Below are positions 15,421 to 31,396 of a stretch of 64,000 bases of DNA, one piece after another. The position numbers were made by a program, and so were the translations under genes. The stretch lies in assembly GCA_026708545.1 (NCBI GenBank), contig JAPOUT010000054.1:5195-69194 (forward strand). Reading direction: 5' to 3'. The first letter of the stretch is position 1. Every line of letters begins with the position of its first letter. The notes below the pieces were generated by a model. That model was not told the DNA's origin. It was given only the letters and a program-made list of their open reading frames with translations, and did not search any database. The stretch is from Hyphomicrobiales bacterium. GTDB taxonomy: Bacteria > Pseudomonadota > Alphaproteobacteria > JAPOUT01.

Positions 15421-18291
15421 TTATTGCGGAGCTTCGAGTTGCTCCAGGATTTGCCCGAGGCGCGAGTTTTCCAGCGCTTGCTCGAGGGCAATGCTGTCGT
15501 AGGAAACGGTAGGCGCGAAAACATCGCCTTCAATACGATAGGTGAGCGGCGCGCTTTCACCGTTCGATCCGGCCGCGACGGGCAAGTCTGCTTGCAATTG
15601 CAATGTGCGCCCGCGCAAATCCAGTTCCCCGGAGGCGCTCGAAACACCTTCCAGCGAACCCTGCGTACGCTGCTCAAGAATGCCGCTTTGGAGCGCAAGA
15701 AGAAAGCTTGCATCTCCGATTGGCATCCAGACATTTCGCTCCAAACTCGGTGTTGCGAACACCGATACCACCACAACACCCTCAAGCGCCTGCGAACGCA
15801 AACCCTCGATATCAACACAGCAGACTTCGAGGCCGGCGATGCGTGCGCTGCCGTTGCCCGTCAGCATATCGATGTCGAGGGGATTTCCGGTTGCCTCAAG
15901 CGATGCATTGAGAACGCCGCGCACGAGCGTCTCGCCCCACAACCATTCACTCGCTTGCGCCAAATCGCTGTGATCCAGCGTTGCGCGCCAACGTGCGCGC
16001 GATATGTCTGCCGAGATATCGACCTCGATGCTTGCTTCACCGCCAAACAGATTTCCGCGCATTGTAGCCAAACCTACGCCCGTGCCGTCTAAGACGCGCG
16101 AAAACGTCTCTCCCAGAAACGACAAAGAGCGCCACTGCGAAACCGGCACCGTCTCGATGTTATTGGCGTCAAAATCGCTCTGAAACCGCCAAACATCGTT
16201 GTTGACACCCTCGGCAATCCATCCTGAACCGCGCAGGGTGTCGCCCGTCTTGGCAAACCGCAATTCTTCCCACAAAATCCGCCGTCCCTGGTCGTCGGAG
16301 ACGGCGGAGACATCCGCCTGCAGCGCCAGCGGAAACTCTGCATGGAATCCTTCGGCCTTGAGAGTGCCGCTGAAGAAATTCGGAAACGGCTCGAGGAAAC
16401 CTTCCAACAGGATGGAATCCTCCTCCCGCTGCCAAAAAGCCTGCAGCCGCGCATGCGTCGATTCCCGCACGGACTCCTCCGCGAAAAACACATCGAAGAC
16501 ATTTTCGGCTTCAAGGCGCATCCGCGCACCGCCCATTTCCCCGCTGAGTTCGAATTTGTCGAATTGCAACGGCGTAAACTTCCACTCGCCCTGCAAAGAC
16601 AGAGGTTCGGTTCCCCTGAACCAGTCGCCTTCCTTGATCTCCAGCGTCGTAAGCGCCGCGGCAAGATTGTTGCGCGCCTGCTCCGAGGGAGCCGACAGAC
16701 GCGCATCGAGAAACCCTTCGGGCTTTTCCCGCGACCATGACAAATTGCCGGATGCCTCCAGCAACAATCCCGATGCATCCTCGTCCAAGCGCAAACCCTT
16801 CAGCGAAACCCCTTCACGCAAAAGATGCAAATTCATCTCCAGTTCTCCCACTTGCATCGAACCCGCAAGCAATTCTCCAACGGAAAGGGCGAGCTTCGAC
16901 TCTTTCGAAGAATTCGCCGCCTCCATGAGTTCGAACAATTCCACACCGTCGCTGACAAAGAGACTTTCGGCGCGCAAGTCCGCATCCCAAACCAAATCCT
17001 CGAGAGGATTATAAAGAATGCGTCCTTGCAGTTTGTTGGCACCGTAATCAATCTCGAGATTCTCAAGGCGCGCACCTTGCAAGGACCCGTTTAGCATCCC
17101 TTTCAGGTGGAACGGCCTTTTCAGGTCGCTCAGGAACGGTGCGAACGCAACGTATTCGGGGCGCTCCACGGAGAAGTTCAAGTTGCCGACGAGAGACCCG
17201 GAGTCCTGCCCCACCCGGCCCTGCCAGCGCACAAACCCCCCGCCGGGCAGATGCTCCAAAGCGACGCGGAGGTCGGGTCCTTTGTCGCCGTCAAAGCGGA
17301 CAGTAAGCATGCCCTCGCCCAGCGATTCGCCCTGCCACGAAACACTCCGTGCTTCCAGCGCAACCTCCCCGCGGGCCCATGCGCCGGCCTTGCTGTACAC
17401 CCCGGTAAGGGACTCCAATAATTCCAGCCCGCGGGATACATCAAAAATACCGCTGTGCAAGGAAGCCTTGAGCATCGGATTGGTCGTGAGGGCGTCAATC
17501 CCCCCGTTGCCGCGCCAGTGGCTTTCGCCCCATTGCACCGACATTTCCGAAAGTTGCGCCGCGTCTTCCTTGACGCTCACCTGCGCGCGCAGATGAACCT
17601 CTTCGCCCGCTATTTTGCTATCGAGACGGGCGTCAAGCATGGCTTCAAGGGCGAGAGCCTCGGCGGTTAGCGCGCCGGTTCCGGAAAGGCGCAGTTCGCC
17701 CCCTTCGGCGCGCGCCTGCAACGAGAAGTCGGCATTGCTGCGGCTGAAACGCACTTCCAGAGATTCTCCCAGAGGAGAATCGGGAGTCGCCAGCAGCATG
17801 GAAATGCGTCCCGGCTCCACCTGCGCCGAGGTCAACGGGACCTTCTCGTCCACTCCCAGAATTTCATCGCGTACGAATATCGTGCCGCCAAAGACATCGA
17901 GACTCTCGAAAGGCAGTTCTCCGACAGGCAGACGCCAGCCTTCTTCGCCGGTGCGCTCGACGAATATTTCAGCCCCGCGGGCCTCGGTGCTTCGAACTTG
18001 CAACGAGCCCTTCAGGAGCGTGAGCCAGTCGCTTTCGAGTGCGAGAGTGTCGGCACGGGCGAACGTTCCTATTGAAACCTCCCCCACCGATATCCCCGGC
18101 GTTGGCAGCAGATGCAGAGAGACGTCGCCTTCAACGATCACATTCACTCCCAGCACGTCCGTGAGGAAGCCGGCGAAATCACCGCGGTACCGGCTCCAAT
18201 CCAGCAGAGGCGCGAAGACCAGGACAGCCAACGCCGCCAGCAATAACGTCGTCGGCACTGCAAGCGCGAAATTCCGATATGAGGGGGTCAT
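15421..18291 (-). CDS. AsmA family protein (large envelope protein with N-terminal anchor)
   Basis: 956 aa. The N-terminal TM segment is followed by DWSRYRGDFAGFLTDVLGVNVIVEGDVSLHLLPTPGISVGEVSIG, which is typical of AsmA N-termini. Confidence 0.75.
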   Translation of the reverse strand: MTPSYRNFALAVPTTLLLAALAVLVFAPLLDWSRYRGDFAGFLTDVLGVNVIVEGDVSLHLLPTPGISVGEVSIGTFARADTLALESDWLTLLKGSLQVRSTEARGAEIFVERTGEEGWRLPVGELPFESLDVFGGTIFVRDEILGVDEKVPLTSAQVEPGRISMLLATPDSPLGESLEVRFSRSNADFSLQARAEGGELRLSGTGALTAEALALEAMLDARLDSKIAGEEVHLRAQVSVKEDAAQLSEMSVQWGESHWRGNGGIDALTTNPMLKASLHSGIFDVSRGLELLESLTGVYSKAGAWARGEVALEARSVSWQGESLGEGMLTVRFDGDKGPDLRVALEHLPGGGFVRWQGRVGQDSGSLVGNLNFSVERPEYVAFAPFLSDLKRPFHLKGMLNGSLQGARLENLEIDYGANKLQGRILYNPLEDLVWDADLRAESLFVSDGVELFELMEAANSSKESKLALSVGELLAGSMQVGELEMNLHLLREGVSLKGLRLDEDASGLLLEASGNLSWSREKPEGFLDARLSAPSEQARNNLAAALTTLEIKEGDWFRGTEPLSLQGEWKFTPLQFDKFELSGEMGGARMRLEAENVFDVFFAEESVRESTHARLQAFWQREEDSILLEGFLEPFPNFFSGTLKAEGFHAEFPLALQADVSAVSDDQGRRILWEELRFAKTGDTLRGSGWIAEGVNNDVWRFQSDFDANNIETVPVSQWRSLSFLGETFSRVLDGTGVGLATMRGNLFGGEASIEVDISADISRARWRATLDHSDLAQASEWLWGETLVRGVLNASLEATGNPLDIDMLTGNGSARIAGLEVCCVDIEGLRSQALEGVVVVSVFATPSLERNVWMPIGDASFLLALQSGILEQRTQGSLEGVSSASGELDLRGRTLQLQADLPVAAGSNGESAPLTYRIEGDVFAPTVSYDSIALEQALENSRLGQILEQLEAPQ

Positions 18292-18362
18292 GCGTACACC
18301 CTTATCCCGGGGGCTTCGATGTGGTAGGCTGTCATAATCATGGCGTGTCCTTTGTTAATCAT

Positions 18363-18863
18363 ATGACCAGCATACCCCATTTTGCCGCTCCCGTGCAGTC
18401 CCTCGGGTTGCGCGTGCTATCCGAGTGGATTGATTACAACGGACACATGAATGTCGGTTATTATGTCCTTGCATTTGACACGGCGCTGGATGTTCCTTTG
18501 AGCGCCCTGGGCTTGGGAGCCGAGGACATTGCCGAATCAGGGGGATCCTGTTTCACGCTGGAATCCCACGTCCGCTACCTTCAAGAGTTGCGCGAGGATG
18601 CGCCGCTGCGCATTACCTTCCAGTTGCTTGATGCGGATTCGAAGCGGTTGCACTATTTCATGTGCATGCACCACGCCGAAGAGGACTATCTCGCCGCAAC
18701 CATCGAGGAAGTGAACATTCACATTGACATGAAAGAGCGCCGCGCGGCCGCATTTCCCGAAAACGTGCGCGAACGGGTGGAAGCGATGCGCCTGGCGCAT
18801 GCGGAACTCGGGCGTCCGGAGGGCCTGTGTTCGAGCATCGGCCTGCGCCGCAAGCGCGCGTGA
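18363..18863 (+). CDS. Thioesterase superfamily (hotdog fold) protein
   Basis: Internal start MTSIPHF. The segment LSEWIDYNGHMNVGYYVLAFD resembles 4HBT-type acyl-CoA thioesterases. Confidence 0.7.
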   Translation: MTSIPHFAAPVQSLGLRVLSEWIDYNGHMNVGYYVLAFDTALDVPLSALGLGAEDIAESGGSCFTLESHVRYLQELREDAPLRITFQLLDADSKRLHYFMCMHHAEEDYLAATIEEVNIHIDMKERRAAAFPENVRERVEAMRLAHAELGRPEGLCSSIGLRRKRA

Positions 18864-18864
18864 G

Positions 18865-21021
18865 ATGGATGCCCCCGGTGCCACCGATTATCTCGACGCG
18901 TTAAACGAACAGCAACGCGAAGCGGTCGAGACGCTTGACGGGCCTCTTCTGGTGCTCGCGGGAGCAGGCACGGGAAAGACCCGCGTGCTGACGTTTCGGC
19001 TGGCGCACATATTGCGGCAGCGACGCGCATGGCCCCGCCAAATCCTCGCCGTCACCTTTACGAACAAGGCTGCATCGGAGATGCGCCGTCGCGTGGTGGA
19101 TATCATCGGCGAGCAGGGCGAAGAGATGTCGTGGCTGGGAACATTCCACCGCATGGGAGTGAGAATATTGCGCATGCACGGCGAAGCGCTGGAGTTGAAG
19201 TCGGACTTCGGCATCCTTGATCAAAGCGATCAGACCCTGTTGTTAAAACGCCTGATTCAGGACAACAACATTGACCCGAAGCGCTGGGACCCGAGGCAAT
19301 TGAGCGCGCTAATCGACGGATGGAAGAATCGCGCTCTCATGCCGGACGAGGTTCCCGAAGTCGAGGCGAATGCATTCGGAGGCAAGGGAATCGGGCTCTA
19401 TCACAAATACCAGGAAAGGCTTGCGACCCTCAATGCCGTCGACTTCGGCGATTTGCTGCTTTTGCCGCTGCGCATTTTCCTCAAACACCCCGACATCCTT
19501 CTCGATTATCAGGATCGCTTTCGCTACATTCTCGTGGACGAATACCAGGACACGAACATCGTGCAATATCTCTGGCTTCGGCTTCTGGCTCGAAAGCACC
19601 GAAACCTTTGCTGCGTGGGAGACGACGATCAGTCAATTTACAGTTGGCGGGGCGCGCAGGTCGGCAATATCCTCAACTTTGAGAAGGATTTTCCCGAGGC
19701 GAAAATCATCCGCCTGGAGCAGAACTACCGCTCAACACACCACATCCTGAAGGCCGCGTCGGGCCTGATAGCGGCAAACGGCAACCGTCTCGGCAAGGAG
19801 CTTTGGACTCCGTCGAACGAAGGCGAACGCGTCGCCGTTCGCGGCGCGACGGACAGCAGCGAGGAGGCGCACGGCATCGGCAGGGACATCCTGCAACTTG
19901 GAAACGCAGGCAAGCGCTTTGACGAAATTGCGGTGCTGGTTCGCGTATCCATGCAGATGCTCGAGTTGGAAGGCTGTTTCCAGAGGTTATCGATTCCCTA
20001 TCGCGTGATTGGAGGTCTGCGTTTCTTCGAACGCGCCGAGGTTCGCGACATCAACGCCTACCTGCGCTTGATTGCCTCGGGCGATGATGATGTCGCTTTT
20101 GAGCGCATCGTGAATCGCCCCAAACGCGGGGTCGGCGACGGAGCGGTGGAAAAATTGCGCGGAATTGCCGGTGCACGGAGGCTTTCGCTGCTGGAAGCGG
20201 CACGGGCGGCGGCGGGAGCGGACGGAGGACTGCGTTCGCGCAAGCAATTAGAGGATTTTGTCGGCTTGGTGGACGGCTGGCGTGTTGCGCTGACCGGCAG
20301 GATTTCGCCGGCGCTGCTGGCGCGCAAAGTGATGGACGAATCCGGCTATCGCGATGCGCTGCGTGTGGACAAGTCCGCGTCCGCGCCGGGACGTTTGGAG
20401 AATCTCGACGAATTGCTGCGCTTTATGGAGGACTTTGAGACTTTGGAAGCCTATCTCGAGCATGTCGCTCTCGTACTCGATGCCGACCAGCAGGCAGCAA
20501 GCAACAAGGTTCAGTTGATGACACTGCACAGTTCGAAAGGATTGGAGTTCGACACGGTGTTTTTACCGGGCTGGGAGGAGGGTCTCTTCCCGCACCAGCG
20601 CTCGCTGGACGAAGACGGGCAGGAAGGCCTGGAAGAAGAGCGTCGCCTGGCGTACGTGGGAATCACGCGGGCGCGGCGTTATGCCTGTATCAGTTTTTGC
20701 GTTCGACGGTTTTTATACGGCAGCTGGCAGAATGCGCTGCCGTCAAGGTTTTTGGACGAACTGCCGAAGGAATCGCTGGCGCTGGGCGAGGAATTGCGCG
20801 GAGGAACGACGGTAGCCGCATCACCTTCGCCAAGGTCGACGCGCGCCTTCACCGGCACAAAAGAAGACTCCCCCACTTTTGAGGTGGGGGAGCGAGTCTT
20901 TCACCGAAAATTCGGCTACGGGTTGGTGAGGCAAGCGGACGGCGACCGGCTTCGAATCGACTTTGAACACGCAGGGGAGAAGTCGATCATTGCCTCGTTT
21001 GTCGAGACAGCGCCGTCTTAG
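18865..21021 (+). CDS. uvrD: ATP-dependent DNA helicase UvrD/PcrA/Rep family
   Basis: LNEQQREAV, LVLAGAGTGKT, ILVDEYQDTN, VGDDDQSIYSWRGA, TLHSSKGLEFDTVFL and YVGITRAR are the canonical SF1 motifs. Confidence 0.93.
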   Translation: MDAPGATDYLDALNEQQREAVETLDGPLLVLAGAGTGKTRVLTFRLAHILRQRRAWPRQILAVTFTNKAASEMRRRVVDIIGEQGEEMSWLGTFHRMGVRILRMHGEALELKSDFGILDQSDQTLLLKRLIQDNNIDPKRWDPRQLSALIDGWKNRALMPDEVPEVEANAFGGKGIGLYHKYQERLATLNAVDFGDLLLLPLRIFLKHPDILLDYQDRFRYILVDEYQDTNIVQYLWLRLLARKHRNLCCVGDDDQSIYSWRGAQVGNILNFEKDFPEAKIIRLEQNYRSTHHILKAASGLIAANGNRLGKELWTPSNEGERVAVRGATDSSEEAHGIGRDILQLGNAGKRFDEIAVLVRVSMQMLELEGCFQRLSIPYRVIGGLRFFERAEVRDINAYLRLIASGDDDVAFERIVNRPKRGVGDGAVEKLRGIAGARRLSLLEAARAAAGADGGLRSRKQLEDFVGLVDGWRVALTGRISPALLARKVMDESGYRDALRVDKSASAPGRLENLDELLRFMEDFETLEAYLEHVALVLDADQQAASNKVQLMTLHSSKGLEFDTVFLPGWEEGLFPHQRSLDEDGQEGLEEERRLAYVGITRARRYACISFCVRRFLYGSWQNALPSRFLDELPKESLALGEELRGGTTVAASPSPRSTRAFTGTKEDSPTFEVGERVFHRKFGYGLVRQADGDRLRIDFEHAGEKSIIASFVETAPS

Positions 21022-21254
21022 CAGCGACCCTTGCGGACGTAATGGCCGATAAGGTGGCGGTTTTCGATGCCGATGTCGCGGAGGAGATGCTCGTCCAGGC
21101 TGGCAAGCCGGCTGGCCGCGGCGCGATTCTCCTGCCATCTGTTGTAAGCGCGCACAAGGACATCGCCCCGTTTGACGAGCGAGTAGACCTTTTCAGCAAT
21201 GTACATGCCGAGGGGGAGTTCAAAGTGCCGAGCGGTGTAGTGGTGAGCCGACAT
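21018..21254 (-). CDS. DUF1127 domain-containing small protein
   Basis: 78 aa. The C-terminal LASLDEHLLRDIGIE matches the DUF1127 signature (L.D..L.DIG). Confidence 0.75.
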   Translation of the reverse strand: MSAHHYTARHFELPLGMYIAEKVYSLVKRGDVLVRAYNRWQENRAAASRLASLDEHLLRDIGIENRHLIGHYVRKGRC

Positions 21255-21475
21255 GGTGTGTTTTCCTTTCTTGGTTGGATGGCGTTTTGCCGGTTAAAGT
21301 TAATGACTCAACTGAAAACAGTATGAGACCCTTTATGACAAAAGAAAATTGTTATTTTCTAGGCTCTGCCATGCACTACCTGCATAGCTTGGAGTTCCTC
21401 TAACACGACCGCTACAGCCTCCATTAGACTCTCAAAGTGTAAAGATTCGGTTAACCTTGATAGGACGAAGACGGC

Positions 21476-27177
<5,702 letters not shown>

Positions 27178-27246
27178 GATTACCGCCTAAAAGAACCGCT
27201 CCCTGACCCCGTCGAATAAAGAGGATGGGAGCTCATCTCCCAATCA

Positions 27247-27996
27247 TCAGTAGGACGGGTCGCCAACGAGGATATAACTGTATTCATACCACTCGCTTGC
27301 GGGATAGTTGTGTCCGAGGATTGCCGCGGATGCTTGCGCTTCCTCGCGAAGCCCGAGCGCGAGATAGGCTTCGGTGAGGCGATGAAGGGCTTCGGGGGTA
27401 TGGGTGGTTGTCTGGTATCGCGCCAGCACCTCGAGGAAGCGGCCAATGGCGGCCGAATAGGCTTCCTGGTCGAGATAATAGCGTCCGACTTCCATTTCTT
27501 TTCCGGCGAGATGGTCGCGCGCAAGGTCAATTTTGAAAGCGGCGTCCCTGGCATATTCCGTATCGGGAAACCTGCGCACGACTTCCTCGAGGGCGGCAAG
27601 CGCCTCTTCGGTCCGCCGCTGGTCACGCGTAACGTCGGTGATTTGCTCGTAGAAGCAAGTGGCGACGAGATAGTAGGCGTAGGGTGCGCTCTCGCCTCCG
27701 GGATAGAGCATGATGTAACGTTGCGCGGCGAGGATGGACTGGTCATATTCCTCGTCGACGTAATAAGCGTAGGCGGACAGCAGGATGGCGCGGCGCGCCC
27801 AGACGGAATAGGGATGCTGCCGTTCGACCTCAATGAATTCCGTCGCGGCGGTCTCGTAGTCGCCCGCCTGAAGGGCGTCAAGGGCGGTGTTGTAAATCTC
27901 TGTGGCGGGACGTTCGTTGTAATCGATCTCGTCCGAGGTTGAACAACCGGCGAGGAAGATAATCCCGCATATTGTCAGTAAAATGCAACGACTCAT
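27247..27996 (-). CDS. bamD: Outer membrane protein assembly factor BamD (lipoprotein)
   Basis: The internal start MSRCILLTICGIIFLAGCS provides a lipobox. TPR-like repeats follow. The gene sits in the conserved ligA-recN-bamD neighbourhood. Confidence 0.88.
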   Translation of the reverse strand: MSRCILLTICGIIFLAGCSTSDEIDYNERPATEIYNTALDALQAGDYETAATEFIEVERQHPYSVWARRAILLSAYAYYVDEEYDQSILAAQRYIMLYPGGESAPYAYYLVATCFYEQITDVTRDQRRTEEALAALEEVVRRFPDTEYARDAAFKIDLARDHLAGKEMEVGRYYLDQEAYSAAIGRFLEVLARYQTTTHTPEALHRLTEAYLALGLREEAQASAAILGHNYPASEWYEYSYILVGDPSY

Positions 27997-28252
27997 GTCT
28001 GTAACTCCAATGTTTTCGAGCGAACTCCGTATGCCATGAGGGATAGCACGGCCGGACTGAAAAAACAACATGGACAATGCGGGCGGGCGGATTCAGCCTT
28101 TCTTCAATCCCTGCGGGTCGGGGTCCGGGAATGTTTGCTGCATTGACGGCAAAGGGCCTGCCTCCCCCTTCGAGCACGAAGCGAGGAGCGGGCAGGCGCA
28201 AGCCCGGGTGGTTGCGGCGGACGACGGGAGGCGCTCGAGCGCGGGGACGGCG

Positions 28253-29353
28253 TCAAGCGGCGCCGGTTTGAGCGCGATGGCGAAGGTAATGATCGGCGAG
28301 CACGAGCGCCATCATCGCCTCGCCCACCGGAACGGCCCGAATCCCGACGCAGGGATCGTGACGCCCCTTTGTGCTGACTTCGCCCTCGCGCCCCTCGCCG
28401 TCAACGCTTTTGAGCGCCGTGGGGATGGAAGAAGTCGGCTTGACGGCAAAGCGCACGACGACGTCCTGTCCCGTCGAGATGCCTCCGTTGACGCCGCCGG
28501 AGTGGTTTGAATCGAAACGGATTCTATCGCCCTCCATGCGCATTTGGTCGGCATTGTCTTCGCCGCGGCGCTTTGCCGCGGAAAAGCCCGCGCCGATTTC
28601 GACGCCCTTGACCGCATTGATTCCCATCATTGCGGAAGCAAGATCGGCATCGAGTTTTCCGTAAATCGGCGCGCCCAGGCCGGCGGGAACGCCTTGCGCA
28701 TGCACTTCCACCACCGCCCCGCAGGACGACCCTTCCTTGCGCAAACCTTTAAGGTAGTCTTCCCAGAGCGAAACACTCTCGATATCGGGGCACCAAAAAT
28801 CGTTGTTTTCGGTTTCTTTCCAATCCCAATTCCCGCGGTTGATTTCGTTCTCGCCGAGCGCGACCAGCGCACCTCGAATTTTTACCGACGGAATTACCAA
28901 TCTTGCCAGCGCGCCCGCCGCGACGCGCACGGCGGTTTCACGCGCCGAGGCGCGACCGCTGCCCGAGACGTCCCGAATGCCGTACTTTGCCTGGTAGACG
29001 TGGTCGGCATGGCCGGGACGGTAGAACCCCCCGAGCGACTCGTAATCCTTGGGACGCGCATCGACATTCTCGATAAGCATGGAAACGGGCGTTCCGGTCG
29101 TGGTGAGTTCAACGTCGTCGCCGCTGTCAGCGCGGGGCAGGACTCCGGAGAGGATTCTGACCTTGTCGGCCTCGCGCCGCTGGCTTGTGAATTTACTCGC
29201 GCCCGGACGTCGTTGGTCGAGATATTTCTGCACATGGGTGAGTCGAAAGGATATGCGCGGCGGCATCCCGTCAACAACGCCTCCGATGGCGGGACCGTGC
29301 GACTCGCCCCAAGTGGTTACGCGAAGGAGATGCCCGAAACTGTTATGCGACAT
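28253..29353 (-). CDS. aroC: Chorismate synthase
   Basis: 366 aa. [20 protein letters not shown]...GRHDPCVG are the canonical motifs. Confidence 0.95.
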   Translation of the reverse strand: MSHNSFGHLLRVTTWGESHGPAIGGVVDGMPPRISFRLTHVQKYLDQRRPGASKFTSQRREADKVRILSGVLPRADSGDDVELTTTGTPVSMLIENVDARPKDYESLGGFYRPGHADHVYQAKYGIRDVSGSGRASARETAVRVAAGALARLVIPSVKIRGALVALGENEINRGNWDWKETENNDFWCPDIESVSLWEDYLKGLRKEGSSCGAVVEVHAQGVPAGLGAPIYGKLDADLASAMMGINAVKGVEIGAGFSAAKRRGEDNADQMRMEGDRIRFDSNHSGGVNGGISTGQDVVVRFAVKPTSSIPTALKSVDGEGREGEVSTKGRHDPCVGIRAVPVGEAMMALVLADHYLRHRAQTGAA

Positions 29354-30177
29354 TAAACCGTCGAGATGTCCGGAGCGTCTTCGGCTTTCATCCCGACAAC
29401 ATGGTATCCGGCATCGACGTAATGGACTTCGCCCGTAACGGCTTGTCCCATGTCGCTTAGCAGGTAGAGCGCGGCGTTGCCGACCTCGTCAATGGTAACG
29501 GTTCTGCGGAGCGGGGAGTTGTGCTGGTTCCATTTGAGAATGTAGCGGAAGTCCCGGATGCCGGACGCGGCCAGCGTCTTGATGGGGCCCGCCGAGACGG
29601 CGTTGACGCGGATATTGTCGGGACCGAGGTCGACGGCAATGTACCGGACGGAGGCTTCAAGAGCGGCTTTTGCAACGCCCATGACGTTATAGTGCGGCAT
29701 GACCTTTTGCGCGCCGTAGTAGGTAAGGGTCAGCATCGATCCCCCGTTCGGCATGAGAGCCGCAGCGTGCTTGCACACTTGCGTGAACGAAAAGCACGAC
29801 ACATGCATGGAGAGGAGGAAATTATCAAGCGTCGTGTCGACATACCGGCCGTTGAGCTGGTTTTTGTCAGAGAAAGAAATGGCATGAACGAGAAAATCGA
29901 TACTGCCCCATTGTTTCGACAATTCGGCGAACAGCGCCTCAATGCTTTCCGGCTCGGTGACGTTGCAAGGCAGGACATGCTCGACGGAGGGAAATTGCTC
30001 ACCGAATGCCTTGACCCGCTCCTGCAAAGGTCCCTCCTGGTAACTCAGGGCGAGGCTCGCGCCCGCATTCGCACAGGCGGACGCGATGCCCGCGGCGATA
30101 GAGCGTTCGTTTGCAACGCCCATGATCAGGCCGCGCTTGCCCTTCATCAAACCGGATAACGCCGATGACTCGTTCAT
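29353..30177 (-). CDS. fabI: Enoyl-[acyl-carrier-protein] reductase (NADH) FabI
   Basis: The internal start [28 protein letters not shown] is followed by the SDR-like core. The stop overlaps the aroC start (TAATG). The longer 386-aa ORF upstream is low-complexity and unlikely to be translated. Confidence 0.9.
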   Translation of the reverse strand: MNESSALSGLMKGKRGLIMGVANERSIAAGIASACANAGASLALSYQEGPLQERVKAFGEQFPSVEHVLPCNVTEPESIEALFAELSKQWGSIDFLVHAISFSDKNQLNGRYVDTTLDNFLLSMHVSCFSFTQVCKHAAALMPNGGSMLTLTYYGAQKVMPHYNVMGVAKAALEASVRYIAVDLGPDNIRVNAVSAGPIKTLAASGIRDFRYILKWNQHNSPLRRTVTIDEVGNAALYLLSDMGQAVTGEVHYVDAGYHVVGMKAEDAPDISTV

Positions 30178-30196
30178 GGTCTTCGAATGCGCCGGC

Positions 30197-30682
30197 TTAG
30201 CTGACGATTTCCCAGTCACCGTCCGGTTTGCGGCAAGCGGTGCCGAAGGCGTCGTGAACTTCGCCGCCGATGGTGATGGTTTGCTGGAACTCCCTGCAAT
30301 ACGCGCCCGTGCTGTTTTTGAAAGCGGGTTCGGCTGTGATGGTGCCGGAGTTTCCGGAATCCGGATTGCTCCACTCTCTGATCGTTCCGCTTGGCGCGCT
30401 TTCGAGGGTCTGTTGCGTGGTTTGCTGGAGATGGAGTCTGTCGGCCCTATCGAGGGATTTTCCGATTTCGGAACCGGCGAGCGCGCCGAGCACCGCGCCA
30501 AGTCCTGTCGCAATCAGTTGTCCCTTGCCATCACCGATGTGCGCGCCTGCAACCCCTCCGAGGATTGCGCCTCCGAGCGCCCCAAGCCCTTCCTTGTCGC
30601 CCGTCGCGCCGCACGCGGCAAGGGTTAGCCCCATAACGGAAGCGGTGGCAACGGCGAGAATGTTTTTAGAGTGTTTCATCAT
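30197..30682 (-). CDS. Glycine-zipper outer-membrane lipoprotein (17-kDa surface antigen family)
   Basis: The internal start MMKHSKNILAVATASVMGLTLAAC provides a lipobox. The glycine zipper is GALGGAILGGVAGAHIG...GLGAVLGALAGSEIG. The C-terminus reads YCREFQQTITIGG...GTACRKPDGDWEIV. Confidence 0.8.
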   Translation of the reverse strand: MMKHSKNILAVATASVMGLTLAACGATGDKEGLGALGGAILGGVAGAHIGDGKGQLIATGLGAVLGALAGSEIGKSLDRADRLHLQQTTQQTLESAPSGTIREWSNPDSGNSGTITAEPAFKNSTGAYCREFQQTITIGGEVHDAFGTACRKPDGDWEIVS

Positions 30683-30770
30683 GAGTGTGATCCTTAATGT
30701 TAAATCGAAAATTGACGGAAAGGCTATTATAGCATAGACTTTTCTCGTTGTGGAATAGTGCGGGGCCGGG

Positions 30771-31394
30771 ATGAATATTTTTGATGACGGAGCGGCGGAG
30801 GAAGTAGAGGAATCCACGCCGTTTTCGATATTCGCTAAATGGCTGGAAGAGGCGCGTGCAAGCGAGAGCGCCGACCCGGAGGCTTGCGCATTGGCGAGCA
30901 CGGATGCCGACGGGTGCCCGAACGTTCGAATGTTGCTGGTTCGCGAGGCCGATGAGCGCGGATTTGTGTTCAACACCAATCTTGAGAGCGTGAAAGGCGT
31001 GGAATTGCGCGAAAATCCGCAAGCGGCGCTGTGTTTTCACTGGAAGAGTCTGGAACGGCAGGTCCGGGTTCGCGGCAGGGTTTCGCGCGTCGAAGGAAAG
31101 GAAACGGACGCCTATTTTGCGATGCGTCCCCGCGGAAGCCGGATAGGCGCGTGGGCGTCAAAACAATCCAAACCGCTGGAAGGCCGTTTTGCCTTGGAGG
31201 CCCGTATTGCAAAATATACGGCGCGTTATGCGGTCGGGGAGGTTCCCCGGCCGGATTGGTGGGGAGGGTTTCGGCTACGTCCCGTGTATATGGAATTTTG
31301 GCAGGCGGGAGGACTCTTCCGCCTGCACGAGCGCGTTGTGTTCACGCGCGAAGAAACCGAAGCAAAATGGAGCCGGAAGCTGTTGTTTCCCTGA
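30771..31394 (+). CDS. pdxH: Pyridoxamine 5'-phosphate oxidase
   Basis: 207 aa. [10 protein letters not shown]...RQVRVRG...[16 protein letters not shown]...WGGFRL...EFWQ...RLHER is the typical PdxH pattern. Confidence 0.93.
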   Translation: MNIFDDGAAEEVEESTPFSIFAKWLEEARASESADPEACALASTDADGCPNVRMLLVREADERGFVFNTNLESVKGVELRENPQAALCFHWKSLERQVRVRGRVSRVEGKETDAYFAMRPRGSRIGAWASKQSKPLEGRFALEARIAKYTARYAVGEVPRPDWWGGFRLRPVYMEFWQAGGLFRLHERVVFTREETEAKWSRKLLFP

Positions 31395-31396
31395 GC

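Noticed and set aside
27193-27207. GAAC-N7-TGAC upstream of recN as an SOS box
   Set aside because: It has two mismatches to GTTC-N7-GTTC in the second half-site. That is too degenerate to call without a genome-wide motif model.
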